In this document: positions 19,483-28,604 of the stretch, one piece after another | Numbering within the stretch: the stretch's first letter is position 1 | Layout of the letters: each line of letters begins with the position of its first letter | Assembly: GCA_050253075.1 (NCBI GenBank) | Contig: JBFWJS010000001.1 | Span: forward strand, 64,001-128,000 | DNA: 64,000 bases | DNA from: Deferribacterales bacterium | Lineage (GTDB): Bacteria > Chrysiogenota > Deferribacteres > Deferribacterales > Geovibrionaceae | Direction of reading: 5' to 3' | Translations under genes and position numbers: made by a program | The notes under the pieces: model-generated | Seen by the model: the letters and a program-made list of their open reading frames with translations, nothing else | Told to the model about the DNA's origin: nothing | Database searches by the model: none

Positions 19483-21767
19483 AATACATAGGCAAACAGA
19501 TACCGAAGATTGACGGCATAGAGCTGGTAAAGGGAACCCCCGCATACACCAGCGACCTCGACACGAACAACAATGCACTGACAATAAAGATACTCCGTTC
19601 GCCACATCCGTCGGCACGGATAAAGGATATAGACACCGCACAGGCAGAAGCCCTCTCCGGCGTGGAATGCGTGCTGACGTATAAGAATGTCACAGACGTT
19701 AAATTCACCCTCGCAGGGCAGTCATACCCCGAACCCTCACCATACGACAGGAGTCTGCTTTCAGACACCCTAAGGTACGTGGGCGACGAGGTGGCGATTG
19801 TCGCCGCAGTGGATGAAAAGACCGCTTTGAAAGCTCTGGAGCTGATAAAGGTGGAGTATGAAGTGCTCGAGCCGGTGCTCGACCTAGATACCGCCGTGGA
19901 TAACAAAAACCGTGTGCACGACTGCAATGTCTACGTCAACTTTGACATAGGCAACGACCCGAAGCGGAACATAGCCTCCACCACATACACCGAGCAGGGT
20001 GATGTGGAAGCCGAGCTGAAAAAGTGCGACATAGTGATAGAAAAAACATACCGCACACAGGCACAGGCGCATGCAATGATGGAGACATACAGGGCAACAG
20101 CCTCCATAGACGTGAACGGCAGGCTGAACGTCATGAGCTCCACACAGATCCCTTTCCATGTGCGCAGACACCTTTCAAGGATACTAGACATACCTAAGAG
20201 TATGATAAAGATAATAAAACCCCGCCTCGGCGGAGGATTCGGCGGAAAGCAGACCGCCAGCGTGGAAATGTTCCCCGCTGTGGTCACATGGCTGACGAAA
20301 AAGCCGTCGAAGATAGTCTATTCCCGCCATGAGACATTCGCCACCACCACCAGCAGGCACGCAATGCGCCTAGATGTACGCCTCGGTTCGGACAAGGATG
20401 GAAACATTCAGGTGGTGGACATCCACTCACTCTCCGACACGGGCGCATACGGCGAACACGCCCCGACAGTTTTCTACGTAGTAGGTAAGAAGACTCTGCC
20501 TTTGTATAAGTCATCGAAGGCATGCAGATACTACGGTCACGCCGTCTATACCAACAAGATGCCCGCAGGGGCTCTCCGTGGCTACGGCGCAACACAGGGG
20601 ACATTCGCACTGGAATCTGCCATGAACGAGCTGGCGGACAAACTGGGCATGGATCCCGCAGAACTCAGGCTGAAGAACCTGCTGAAAGAAGGGGACTTCC
20701 ACCCTGAGCTGGACGGCTCCGCACCAGATGCACCCGCACAGCTTAAAAGCTCTGCACTGCATAAATGCATCGAAACAGGCAAAAAGATGATCGGATGGGA
20801 AGATAAGTACCCGTCCGTAAAGATAAGCGACACAAAGGTGAGAGGCTACGGCATGGCTGTGACCATGCAGGGCTCAGGCATCGCAAAGATAGACACGGCA
20901 ACAGTGATAATAAAGCTGAACGACGACGGATACTTCACACTCATCCACTCCGCATCGGACATGGGGCAGGGCTCCGACACGGTGCTGACACAGATAGCAG
21001 CCGAAGGTCTCCTCGTGGATATGAAGAAGATAGTCACCGTATCCGACAACCTAGACATAGCACCATACGACCCGGGCGCATACGCATCGAGCGGTACATA
21101 TGTCACGGGTAATGCAGTGGTGAAAGCATGCGAAGACATGAACCATCAGATAATAGACGCAGCGGCCAGACTGTTAGACTGCGAGTCAGACACCCTCGCC
21201 TATGACGGCACAAAGATATTCAACGACGAAAAATCCATAACGCTGGACGAGCTCGCCATAAAGCTCAGCTCATTTGCAGGGAAAGACCAGCTGATAGCCA
21301 GAGGTACTTTCGGCGGGGAGACCTCCCCTCCTCCTTTCATAGCTGGATTCGCCGAGGTGGAGGTAGACCTCGAGACAGGCAAGAGCGTCGTGACAGACTT
21401 TGTCGCCGTGGCGGACTGCGGCACAGTGATAAATGAAAACCTCGCCCGCATACAGCTGGAGGGCGGTATAGCCATGGGGATAGGACTCGGGCTGTACGAA
21501 GATGTAGTCTACTCCCAGACGGGGCGTATGGTATCCGACAGCTTCATGACGTATAAGATACCGTGCAGAAAGGACATCAGGCAGATACGCACCGCATTCG
21601 AAGAGAGCAATGAACCCACAGGCCCCTACGGTGCAAAATCCATCGGCGAGGTGGTAAACAACACCCCCGCACCTGCCATAGCACACGCAATATACAACGC
21701 CACAGGCGTATGGCATCACGACCTGCCTATCACCCCCGAAAAGGTTCTGCTGGGGATGCTGAAGTGA
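19479..21767 (+). CDS. Xanthine-dehydrogenase-family molybdopterin-binding subunit (XdhD-like)
   Basis: HAMME, GGGFGGKQ, RGYGATQG, DMGQGS, ASSGT, GAKSIGE (catalytic Glu), LPITPE; start at MKYIGKQ (ATGA overlap). Confidence 0.95.
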   Translation: MKYIGKQIPKIDGIELVKGTPAYTSDLDTNNNALTIKILRSPHPSARIKDIDTAQAEALSGVECVLTYKNVTDVKFTLAGQSYPEPSPYDRSLLSDTLRYVGDEVAIVAAVDEKTALKALELIKVEYEVLEPVLDLDTAVDNKNRVHDCNVYVNFDIGNDPKRNIASTTYTEQGDVEAELKKCDIVIEKTYRTQAQAHAMMETYRATASIDVNGRLNVMSSTQIPFHVRRHLSRILDIPKSMIKIIKPRLGGGFGGKQTASVEMFPAVVTWLTKKPSKIVYSRHETFATTTSRHAMRLDVRLGSDKDGNIQVVDIHSLSDTGAYGEHAPTVFYVVGKKTLPLYKSSKACRYYGHAVYTNKMPAGALRGYGATQGTFALESAMNELADKLGMDPAELRLKNLLKEGDFHPELDGSAPDAPAQLKSSALHKCIETGKKMIGWEDKYPSVKISDTKVRGYGMAVTMQGSGIAKIDTATVIIKLNDDGYFTLIHSASDMGQGSDTVLTQIAAEGLLVDMKKIVTVSDNLDIAPYDPGAYASSGTYVTGNAVVKACEDMNHQIIDAAARLLDCESDTLAYDGTKIFNDEKSITLDELAIKLSSFAGKDQLIARGTFGGETSPPPFIAGFAEVEVDLETGKSVVTDFVAVADCGTVINENLARIQLEGGIAMGIGLGLYEDVVYSQTGRMVSDSFMTYKIPCRKDIRQIRTAFEESNEPTGPYGAKSIGEVVNNTPAPAIAHAIYNATGVWHHDLPITPEKVLLGMLK

Positions 21768-22411
21768 TATTCGACATATTAAAAGGCGATGTGGTCGCCA
21801 TTGTCGGCGCAGGGGGAAAGACCAGCCTGATGAAGTATCTGGCGGAACGGATAACCACAGCAGGGATGAAACCTCTGATAAGCACCACCACACGACTAGG
21901 GAAGCATCAGATAAACGACGAATACGACTATCTGGTACAGATAAAAGATAACAAAGCACTCGCCCCCGACATGGGCGAGCTGAAAGATAAAATGACATCC
22001 TATGACATAACCCTCCTCGAAGCCGACGGAGCGGCGTGTAAACAGCTGAAAGGATGGCGTGAGGACGAGCCTGTCATACCCGACTTTGCCACTGTGACCA
22101 TCGGCGTGGTGGACATCAGCATGGTCGGACAGACCGCCACAGAGGAAAACATACACAGGCACGAGCTCTTCACCGCACTCACAGGGGTACAGATGGGTGA
22201 AAGAGTCACCGTGCAGGCGATAGCGAGGCTCGTAAATCACAAGAACGGCATATTCAGACACTCGGCACACACCGCAAACCATCTCTTCTGCGCAAAGGCT
22301 GAAACACCCGAACAGATGGCAAACGCAACAAGGCTGAAACCTATGTTAAGGGAAGGGATGAGGCTGTATTCGGGCAGTGCCCGGAAAGGCTCGGTGCTGG
22401 AGCTGAGATGA
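21764..22411 (+). CDS. yqeC: Selenium-cofactor maturation protein YqeC-like
   Basis: VGAGGKTSL, STTTR, LLEADGA...LK.W...EPVIP; GTG start overlapping the upstream TGA. Confidence 0.85.
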   Translation: MIFDILKGDVVAIVGAGGKTSLMKYLAERITTAGMKPLISTTTRLGKHQINDEYDYLVQIKDNKALAPDMGELKDKMTSYDITLLEADGAACKQLKGWREDEPVIPDFATVTIGVVDISMVGQTATEENIHRHELFTALTGVQMGERVTVQAIARLVNHKNGIFRHSAHTANHLFCAKAETPEQMANATRLKPMLREGMRLYSGSARKGSVLELR

Positions 22412-22977
22412 ACATCGCAGCCGTTATAATGGCGGCAGGGTCATCCCGCAGGATGGGGCAGAACAAGCTGCTTATGGACATCAAAGGGGAAACACTGCTG
22501 AACAGATTCCTTACTAATTTCCCCAAAGATATATTTTATAAAACAGTACTCGTATATGCAGACGACGAGGTCGGCCATACAGCCGAGTCCCACGGCATAT
22601 CCGTCATAAAAAATACTCCGGGCAGTGTGAAGAACACCACCATAAAGCTGGGCACAGAGGCGTGCAAAGACGCCGACGGCATAGCATTCTTCACCGCTGA
22701 CCAGCCATTCACAAAGATAGGCACTGTGCTGAACATGGTACTGGCGTATAAAGGGGTTAATATCGTCGTCCCAACATGTGAGGGGCGCAGGCGAAACCCT
22801 GTCATATTCCCCCCTGAAACATACGAAGACCTCATGACGCTGAAAGGCGACAGGGGCGGGCGTGACGTCATGGACAGATACCCGCAGCTATGCACGGAGG
22901 TGGTCTTCACCGATGCCGTACAGTTCACAGACATAGACACTCAGGAGGATGCGGAATATGCAAAAAACCTCCTGTGA
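22408..22977 (+). CDS. mocA: Molybdenum cofactor cytidylyltransferase (MocA/YgfJ)
   Basis: MAAGSSRRMG.NKLL, DQP, NPVIF, GDRGGR, DIDT. Confidence 0.88.
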   Translation: MNIAAVIMAAGSSRRMGQNKLLMDIKGETLLNRFLTNFPKDIFYKTVLVYADDEVGHTAESHGISVIKNTPGSVKNTTIKLGTEACKDADGIAFFTADQPFTKIGTVLNMVLAYKGVNIVVPTCEGRRRNPVIFPPETYEDLMTLKGDRGGRDVMDRYPQLCTEVVFTDAVQFTDIDTQEDAEYAKNLL

Positions 22978-23764
22978 TAACCTCATAATAATCCGAGGGG
23001 GCGGAGACCTTGCCACAGGTATTGCCGTGCGTCTCTTCAACAGCGGATTTCAGGTAATGATACTCGAAACGGAAAAGCCCAGCTTCATCCGCAGGACAGT
23101 ATCCCTCGGCATGGCAGTTTACAAAGGCGAAGCGACAGTGGAGAATGTGCGTGCGGTGCATTACGACAGCTTCACCATGACAGACGACCACATCCCGGTA
23201 CTGACAGACTCGAATATGACCGTTCTCGGGCATATATCTCCGCTGGCACTGGTGGACGCAGTGATAGCAAAAAAGAATATCGGACTGACCATAGATAAGG
23301 CGGACATTGTGATAGCCCTCGGACCGGGATTCACAGCGGGAGAGAACTGCCACGCAGTGATAGAGACCATGCGCGGGCACAGCCTCGGACGTGTGATATA
23401 CGAAGGCAAAGCATCGGCAGACACGGGCACGCCCGGCATAATCAACGGCATAGGCAAGGAACGTGTGATACACGCTCTATGTACAGGAAAACTGAGCATC
23501 ATAAAAGACATATCAAGCACAGTACGCAAAGATGAAACAATCGCAATGATAGACGATACCCCCGTAAAGGCGACCATAGACGGCATCATCCGCGGGATGA
23601 TAACAGACGGATACGCAGTGCATCAGGGGATGAAGATAGCAGACATAGACCCGAGGGAATCCGAAGTGAAAAACTGCTATACTGTATCAGACAAGGCACG
23701 GGCTCTGGGCGGAAGCGTTCTGGAAGCTGTGCTGAACCTAAGGAAAAAGAATGATAGAAGCTGA
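22958..23764 (+). CDS. yqeB: Selenium-dependent molybdenum hydroxylase system protein (EF2563/YqeB family)
   Basis: IRGGGDLATG, IRRTVS, ALGPGF.AG, IETMRGH.LGR, KIADIDPR, SDKARALGG; start after AGGAGG. Confidence 0.9.
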   Translation: MQKTSCDNLIIIRGGGDLATGIAVRLFNSGFQVMILETEKPSFIRRTVSLGMAVYKGEATVENVRAVHYDSFTMTDDHIPVLTDSNMTVLGHISPLALVDAVIAKKNIGLTIDKADIVIALGPGFTAGENCHAVIETMRGHSLGRVIYEGKASADTGTPGIINGIGKERVIHALCTGKLSIIKDISSTVRKDETIAMIDDTPVKATIDGIIRGMITDGYAVHQGMKIADIDPRESEVKNCYTVSDKARALGGSVLEAVLNLRKKNDRS

Positions 23765-24539
23765 AGTTTTCGCAAAGATATCAGAAGCACTTAAAAATAA
23801 TAAACCTGCCGCACTGGTGACAGTGCTCAGCCATGCGGGCTCTTCCCCCGGGAAGCAGGGCTCCGTGATGGCGGTGCTCTCAAACGGAGAGACATACGGC
23901 ACCGTGGGCGGAGGCAGCCTCGAGCACACCGCCACAAAGGAAGCTCTTGAAGCAATAAAGGCAGGCACGGATAAAGAGCTGTCTTTCGACCTGACAGACG
24001 ACGGCATGATGTGCGGAGGAAAGGTACGCCTGTACATAAAGACTTTCGCACCGTCTGAGAGGCTCATCATCTGCGGAGGCGGGCACATAGGGCAAAAGCT
24101 CTATCAGCTGGGCATCATGCAGGGATTCGCCGTCACCGTCATAGACGACAGGGCGGAATTCGCCAACGGTATAAACTTCCCCGATGCTTCTGAGGTGATA
24201 TGCAAAGACGTGGGCAAAGCCTTATCAGAAATGAATATAGACGATACATGCTATATAGCCATAGCGACCCGCTCCCACGAGACAGACTTCGACGCCCTCG
24301 GCTCAGCCGTCGGCACGAAAGCAGCATACATAGGTATGATAGGCAGCAGGAAAAAGGTGAATACCGTTATGGACAAGCTGTCCGCCGAAGGGATAGACAA
24401 AGCGGTACTGGATAAGATATACGCTCCGATGGGGCTGGACATCGCCACTGTGAAAACAGAGGAGATAGCACTCAGCATCATCAGCGAGATAATGCTTGTG
24501 AAAAACGGCGGAAATCTCCGCCATATGAAAGACAGATAG
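23751..24539 (+). CDS. xdhC: XdhC/CoxI-family Moco insertion chaperone
   Basis: GSSPGK.G, GTVGGG.LE, MCGG, GGGH, DDR, YIGMIGS..K, PMGLDI, EIALSI. Confidence 0.92.
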   Translation: MIEAEVFAKISEALKNNKPAALVTVLSHAGSSPGKQGSVMAVLSNGETYGTVGGGSLEHTATKEALEAIKAGTDKELSFDLTDDGMMCGGKVRLYIKTFAPSERLIICGGGHIGQKLYQLGIMQGFAVTVIDDRAEFANGINFPDASEVICKDVGKALSEMNIDDTCYIAIATRSHETDFDALGSAVGTKAAYIGMIGSRKKVNTVMDKLSAEGIDKAVLDKIYAPMGLDIATVKTEEIALSIISEIMLVKNGGNLRHMKDR

Positions 24540-24540
24540 A

Positions 24541-25722
24541 TCAATGCGACGGCAGAAGCCTGTTCGCTATCCTTCCCCATAAAAGAAGCACTATTACGGA
24601 TGTGGTCAGTGTTATCGCACCGTAAAAGAGCACGGGCTCTTTCCAGTGAAGCGTCACCACAGCCATGCTTATCGCACCGGATATAAACTGGTAAAACACC
24701 ATGAAAGATGATGCAGAGCCCACGTCAGTCTTCACCAGACCGATGATGAGCGATCCGCTGAGCGGTCTGCTTATCCCCATGCAGAAAGAAAAGAGCGACA
24801 TAAAAGCCAGAAAGAAAAGATAATGCTCCCTCGCAAGGAGCAGAACACCCGCACCTGCGAAGATAGTACCCACTATCGAAAGGGTTATCAGCCTCTTTTC
24901 GCTGAATCTCTTAACCAGTCGGGACGAGAAGAACGCACCTATCATAGAGCTGAGAGCGTTCAGACCGAATAACAGGCTGAATGTCCTCTCAGACAGCCCG
25001 AAGATGGATATATAATATATCGGGGAAAATGCTATAAAGCCGTAAAACGGCAGCGGCAGAAGCCCCATGCTGATATTCGTAAACATGAATTCACGGTTTT
25101 TGATATGCACCATGTATCTGCCGATGAGCTTTGACAGCGGAGTCGTTATCTTCTCCCCTATGGTTTCCTTAAACGAAAAGCTGATGAGCAGAGTGAAGCA
25201 GACTATCGTACCCTGTGCGCCGAAGATGAACCGCCAGCTGAAGAACTCGAGGAGCATAGCACCGATTATCGGCGCAACCATAGGCGCAACAGATACAATT
25301 GTCATCACATACGCCATCGCCTGATGTCTTTCACGCCCTTCGAATTTATCCCTGATGATAGCCATAACGATGGCAGAAGGCGCAGCAGCACCCATCCCCT
25401 GTAAAATACGGAAGATGATGAGCTGATTTACGTCCTGAGCGAATGCACAAAGGAACGAGGCAGTGACAAATATCGCCAGACCGCCAGACAACACAGGCTT
25501 TCGCCCGTATTTATCCGAGAGTGACCCGGCCACGAGTATGAACACGCTGAATGATGCGAACCAGAGCACAAGCGTCAGGTTTACCAAGTCTTTACCGACA
25601 CCCCAGCCGTCTGCTATCTGTGGTATTGCAGCTAGGTACATATCAGTAGAAAGCGGCGGTGTGGAAGCCAGTAAGGCGAGAAACGTTATATAGATTGCTT
25701 TATTCTTTTCCAGATTAATCAT
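24541..25722 (-). CDS. Bcr/CflA-family MFS efflux transporter
   Basis: STDMYL, GSLSDKYGRKP (MFS motif A), RILQGMG, APIIG; about 12 TM; start uncertain (25722 or 25758). Confidence 0.92.
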   Translation of the reverse strand: MINLEKNKAIYITFLALLASTPPLSTDMYLAAIPQIADGWGVGKDLVNLTLVLWFASFSVFILVAGSLSDKYGRKPVLSGGLAIFVTASFLCAFAQDVNQLIIFRILQGMGAAAPSAIVMAIIRDKFEGRERHQAMAYVMTIVSVAPMVAPIIGAMLLEFFSWRFIFGAQGTIVCFTLLISFSFKETIGEKITTPLSKLIGRYMVHIKNREFMFTNISMGLLPLPFYGFIAFSPIYYISIFGLSERTFSLLFGLNALSSMIGAFFSSRLVKRFSEKRLITLSIVGTIFAGAGVLLLAREHYLFFLAFMSLFSFCMGISRPLSGSLIIGLVKTDVGSASSFMVFYQFISGAISMAVVTLHWKEPVLFYGAITLTTSVIVLLLWGRIANRLLPSH

Positions 25723-25794
25723 ATAAGCCTTATACAACACATACAGAGAATACGACAATAGTTGTTTTGTAAAGTTATATTAAATTTTAAACTG

Positions 25795-28578
25795 CTAAGA
25801 CTTTACCACGGGGAAACTGATCTCAAAGACAGCACCGTGACCTTCATTATTTCCTGCGGATATCTGTCCGCCCATATGCTTTTCTATAACCAGCTTAGCC
25901 ATATAGAGCCCGATGCCCGTCCCCTTCCCCTCTTCCTTAGTGGTGAAGTACGGGTCGAAGATGTTCTCAATGATATCATCGCTGATGCCTGTTCCGTTGT
26001 CGCTGCAGACCAGTTTTATATTATTTGTATCTGCGTAAATATCGACCTTCAGCTCTCCACAGGGCACAAGCCCCTTCGCTATGGTTTCGTCCATAGAGTC
26101 TACGGCGTTGTAGATGATGTTCAGCATTGCCTGTTTGAATTCACCGGGGTATCCCATCACCTTTGTATAGCTGTGGGTGCATACATCAGTCTTTCCGGGG
26201 GTCATCGTTGCACTCTTATGGGGGCATGCACATCTTATCTCTGATTTGATATTATGCATGGTCAGCTGGGATTCTATCAGGGCGAATATACGGCTGACCT
26301 CTTTCACCACTTCGAATTCCACCGGTTTGGAATCAGGCTTACAGAAGTCTTTGAAGTCGTCTATCGTTGTCGAGAGGTGCTGTATCAGATTTTCCGTAAC
26401 AGAGTGAAATTCCTCCATGTCGTCCTTTGTCAGCTTTTCATGGTGGTATCTATCCGTGATGTATTCGATAAAAAGCCCGAGCCCGTTGAGAGGCTGTCTC
26501 CACTGGTGGGCGATGGCGTTCATCATCTGTCCCATGTCGGCGAGCTTCTTCTGCTCGAACATAGCCTTTTCCTGCTTTTCCCTGAGTGCTATCTCTTCCT
26601 TCACTCTTCTTTGCAGGTCTGCGTTCAGCTCGTTCAGCTCATACTGCATATGCACCCTTTCGGTCATATCCTGCAGCACTCCTATCATGTTTCCGTCGGG
26701 CATAACCTTCACGTGGGCACGCATGTGGAATATCTGCCCCGATTTTGAAATATGCGGATGCATCACCTTAAAAGATTCCTTCTGCTGATTTATATGCAGG
26801 TTGCTAGCGTGCTCGTCCTGCAGATAGTCCGGCCAGAGGTCATATATCTTCATCTTCATCAGCTCTTCGGCCGTGTATTCGAACTTTTCACAGGTGGCCT
26901 CATTAACTTCCTGAATCTCTCCCTTGTCATTCGTCACGATGATAGGATCGGGTGAGTTGCTGATGTATGAGCGGTATTTATGCTCGCTGGCTGCGAGTGC
27001 ATCGGCAGAGTGCACGAGCTCTGTGATGTCCCTGTGCAGGGCGACTATGTATCTATTGTGCAGTCTGAAAAAATAGTTTTCAAACCACACGTCGTGATCC
27101 TTATCCTGGTACCTCATACGTGCCTGATACTCAGGCTCTCCCGTGTTGAATACTTTTGTGAAGACTTCGAGCTGGCCGTTCTCCCTCATTGCGGGGAAAA
27201 GCTCGGCGAGCTTCGCACCGACCATCTGCTCACGGGTATAGAGTGTCGGTTCCAGAGCGGCCTTGTTTATAAACTTAACGATGAAATCCCCCTGAAAGTC
27301 AGGCTTCAGAATGGTTATTCCGTCGTTGGTATTTTCTGCCATTGTTGTGTATAGCGTCTCGAGCTGATGCTCTTTCTGAAATCGGATGGCAACGGCATAC
27401 AGCTTTGCCAGCTCACCTATGGATAAAACATCCGCATCCGTGTAGTCCTCGGGTGAATTAGCAGCGGATATCTGCCCCACCAATATGCCGTCTATCTCGA
27501 CAGGGTAAGATATGAAGTTCTTTATGCGCACGTGCCACTCGGGCAGTCCTCCGGATATCTCACAGTTTGCCACGTCGTTTGTATAGAAAGGTCTGCCTGT
27601 GTTTAGCGTATGTCCCCACAGCCCTCTGTACTTGCCGTCTTCATCGGGTGAAAACATAAGCGGGCCGTCGTGCCCGTGGGCATCTGTCCTGCCCAGCGAG
27701 AAGGCGTGTATCATCAGATTATGGCTGTCCTCGTCCAGACTGCCTGCATAGCCGTCTGTGGAGCCTGTCAGCCTCTTCACTGAGTCCACCACCATCTTTG
27801 ATATCTCGGATATCTCGGTGTCTGTTTTAAGAAGCTGCGTGGTGAATTCCGCCACAGCCTTGAGGTTCTGTTCTTTTCTGTATCTCTCCGTGATGTCTGT
27901 CAGCACGGTAAAGTTATAATTCTTCCCTTCGTATATAAGCGTGCTCGGCCATGCATCCACATAGCGTATTTCGCCGTTTTTCAGCCTGTGTCTGAAGATG
28001 AACGTCTTCGGCTCGCCCGAGTTACGCACCTCGTCCAGATACATGTTTATCCTCTCTCTGCTGTCGACGTTTATATCGGTGATATTCATGCCGACCATCT
28101 CTTCGTAGGTGTATCCGTAGAATCTGCATGCAGAGGTGTTCACGTCCATGATGTCCAGCGTGTTAGAGTCGTAAACCAGAAGGGGGACTGTCGTGCTGTT
28201 GAATATCTGATCATAGTTAGGGAGGCTTTCGTCTGCGGGCTCGGCAAAGTTGACAGCATACATGAATCTGCCGTCGTCGTCATATTCGGCAAAGGTGTCC
28301 AGAGTGACCTTCAGGTATTCGCCGGAGGCCTTTTTCATATCAGCAAGGATGTTTTTCAGCCTGCCGACGTATTTGCATTTTATTCTGAAATGTTCGAATT
28401 CTTCGACACTTTTCTCAGGGATCATGTCGGAATAAAGCGTTCCCGTCAGGACATCTTCGGTATAGCCCAGAAGCGTCAGCAGGCTTTCATTCACCTGCAC
28501 GATCGTCCAGTTATCGTCTAAGACGAAAACCGGCTGAGAAGTGTTCCTGAAAGAATAACTTAGACCTTTATTATTCAT
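25795..28578 (-). CDS. Cytoplasmic multi-PAS/GAF sensor histidine kinase
   Basis: Several PAS repeats, GAF, H-box IAHQWRQP, N-box, [20 protein letters not shown]; no TM. Confidence 0.93.
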   Translation of the reverse strand: MNNKGLSYSFRNTSQPVFVLDDNWTIVQVNESLLTLLGYTEDVLTGTLYSDMIPEKSVEEFEHFRIKCKYVGRLKNILADMKKASGEYLKVTLDTFAEYDDDGRFMYAVNFAEPADESLPNYDQIFNSTTVPLLVYDSNTLDIMDVNTSACRFYGYTYEEMVGMNITDINVDSRERINMYLDEVRNSGEPKTFIFRHRLKNGEIRYVDAWPSTLIYEGKNYNFTVLTDITERYRKEQNLKAVAEFTTQLLKTDTEISEISKMVVDSVKRLTGSTDGYAGSLDEDSHNLMIHAFSLGRTDAHGHDGPLMFSPDEDGKYRGLWGHTLNTGRPFYTNDVANCEISGGLPEWHVRIKNFISYPVEIDGILVGQISAANSPEDYTDADVLSIGELAKLYAVAIRFQKEHQLETLYTTMAENTNDGITILKPDFQGDFIVKFINKAALEPTLYTREQMVGAKLAELFPAMRENGQLEVFTKVFNTGEPEYQARMRYQDKDHDVWFENYFFRLHNRYIVALHRDITELVHSADALAASEHKYRSYISNSPDPIIVTNDKGEIQEVNEATCEKFEYTAEELMKMKIYDLWPDYLQDEHASNLHINQQKESFKVMHPHISKSGQIFHMRAHVKVMPDGNMIGVLQDMTERVHMQYELNELNADLQRRVKEEIALREKQEKAMFEQKKLADMGQMMNAIAHQWRQPLNGLGLFIEYITDRYHHEKLTKDDMEEFHSVTENLIQHLSTTIDDFKDFCKPDSKPVEFEVVKEVSRIFALIESQLTMHNIKSEIRCACPHKSATMTPGKTDVCTHSYTKVMGYPGEFKQAMLNIIYNAVDSMDETIAKGLVPCGELKVDIYADTNNIKLVCSDNGTGISDDIIENIFDPYFTTKEEGKGTGIGLYMAKLVIEKHMGGQISAGNNEGHGAVFEISFPVVKS

Positions 28579-28604
28579 ATCTTCTACTCACAATGACAAT
28601 TTAA

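Noticed and set aside
19470..19490. Possible selenocysteine/TGA read-through joining the 2Fe-2S and Mo subunits (fused in E. coli XdhD)
   Set aside because: The two genes are in different frames (ATGA overlap) and the Mo subunit has its own RBS; no in-frame TGA-interrupted gene was noticed in the window
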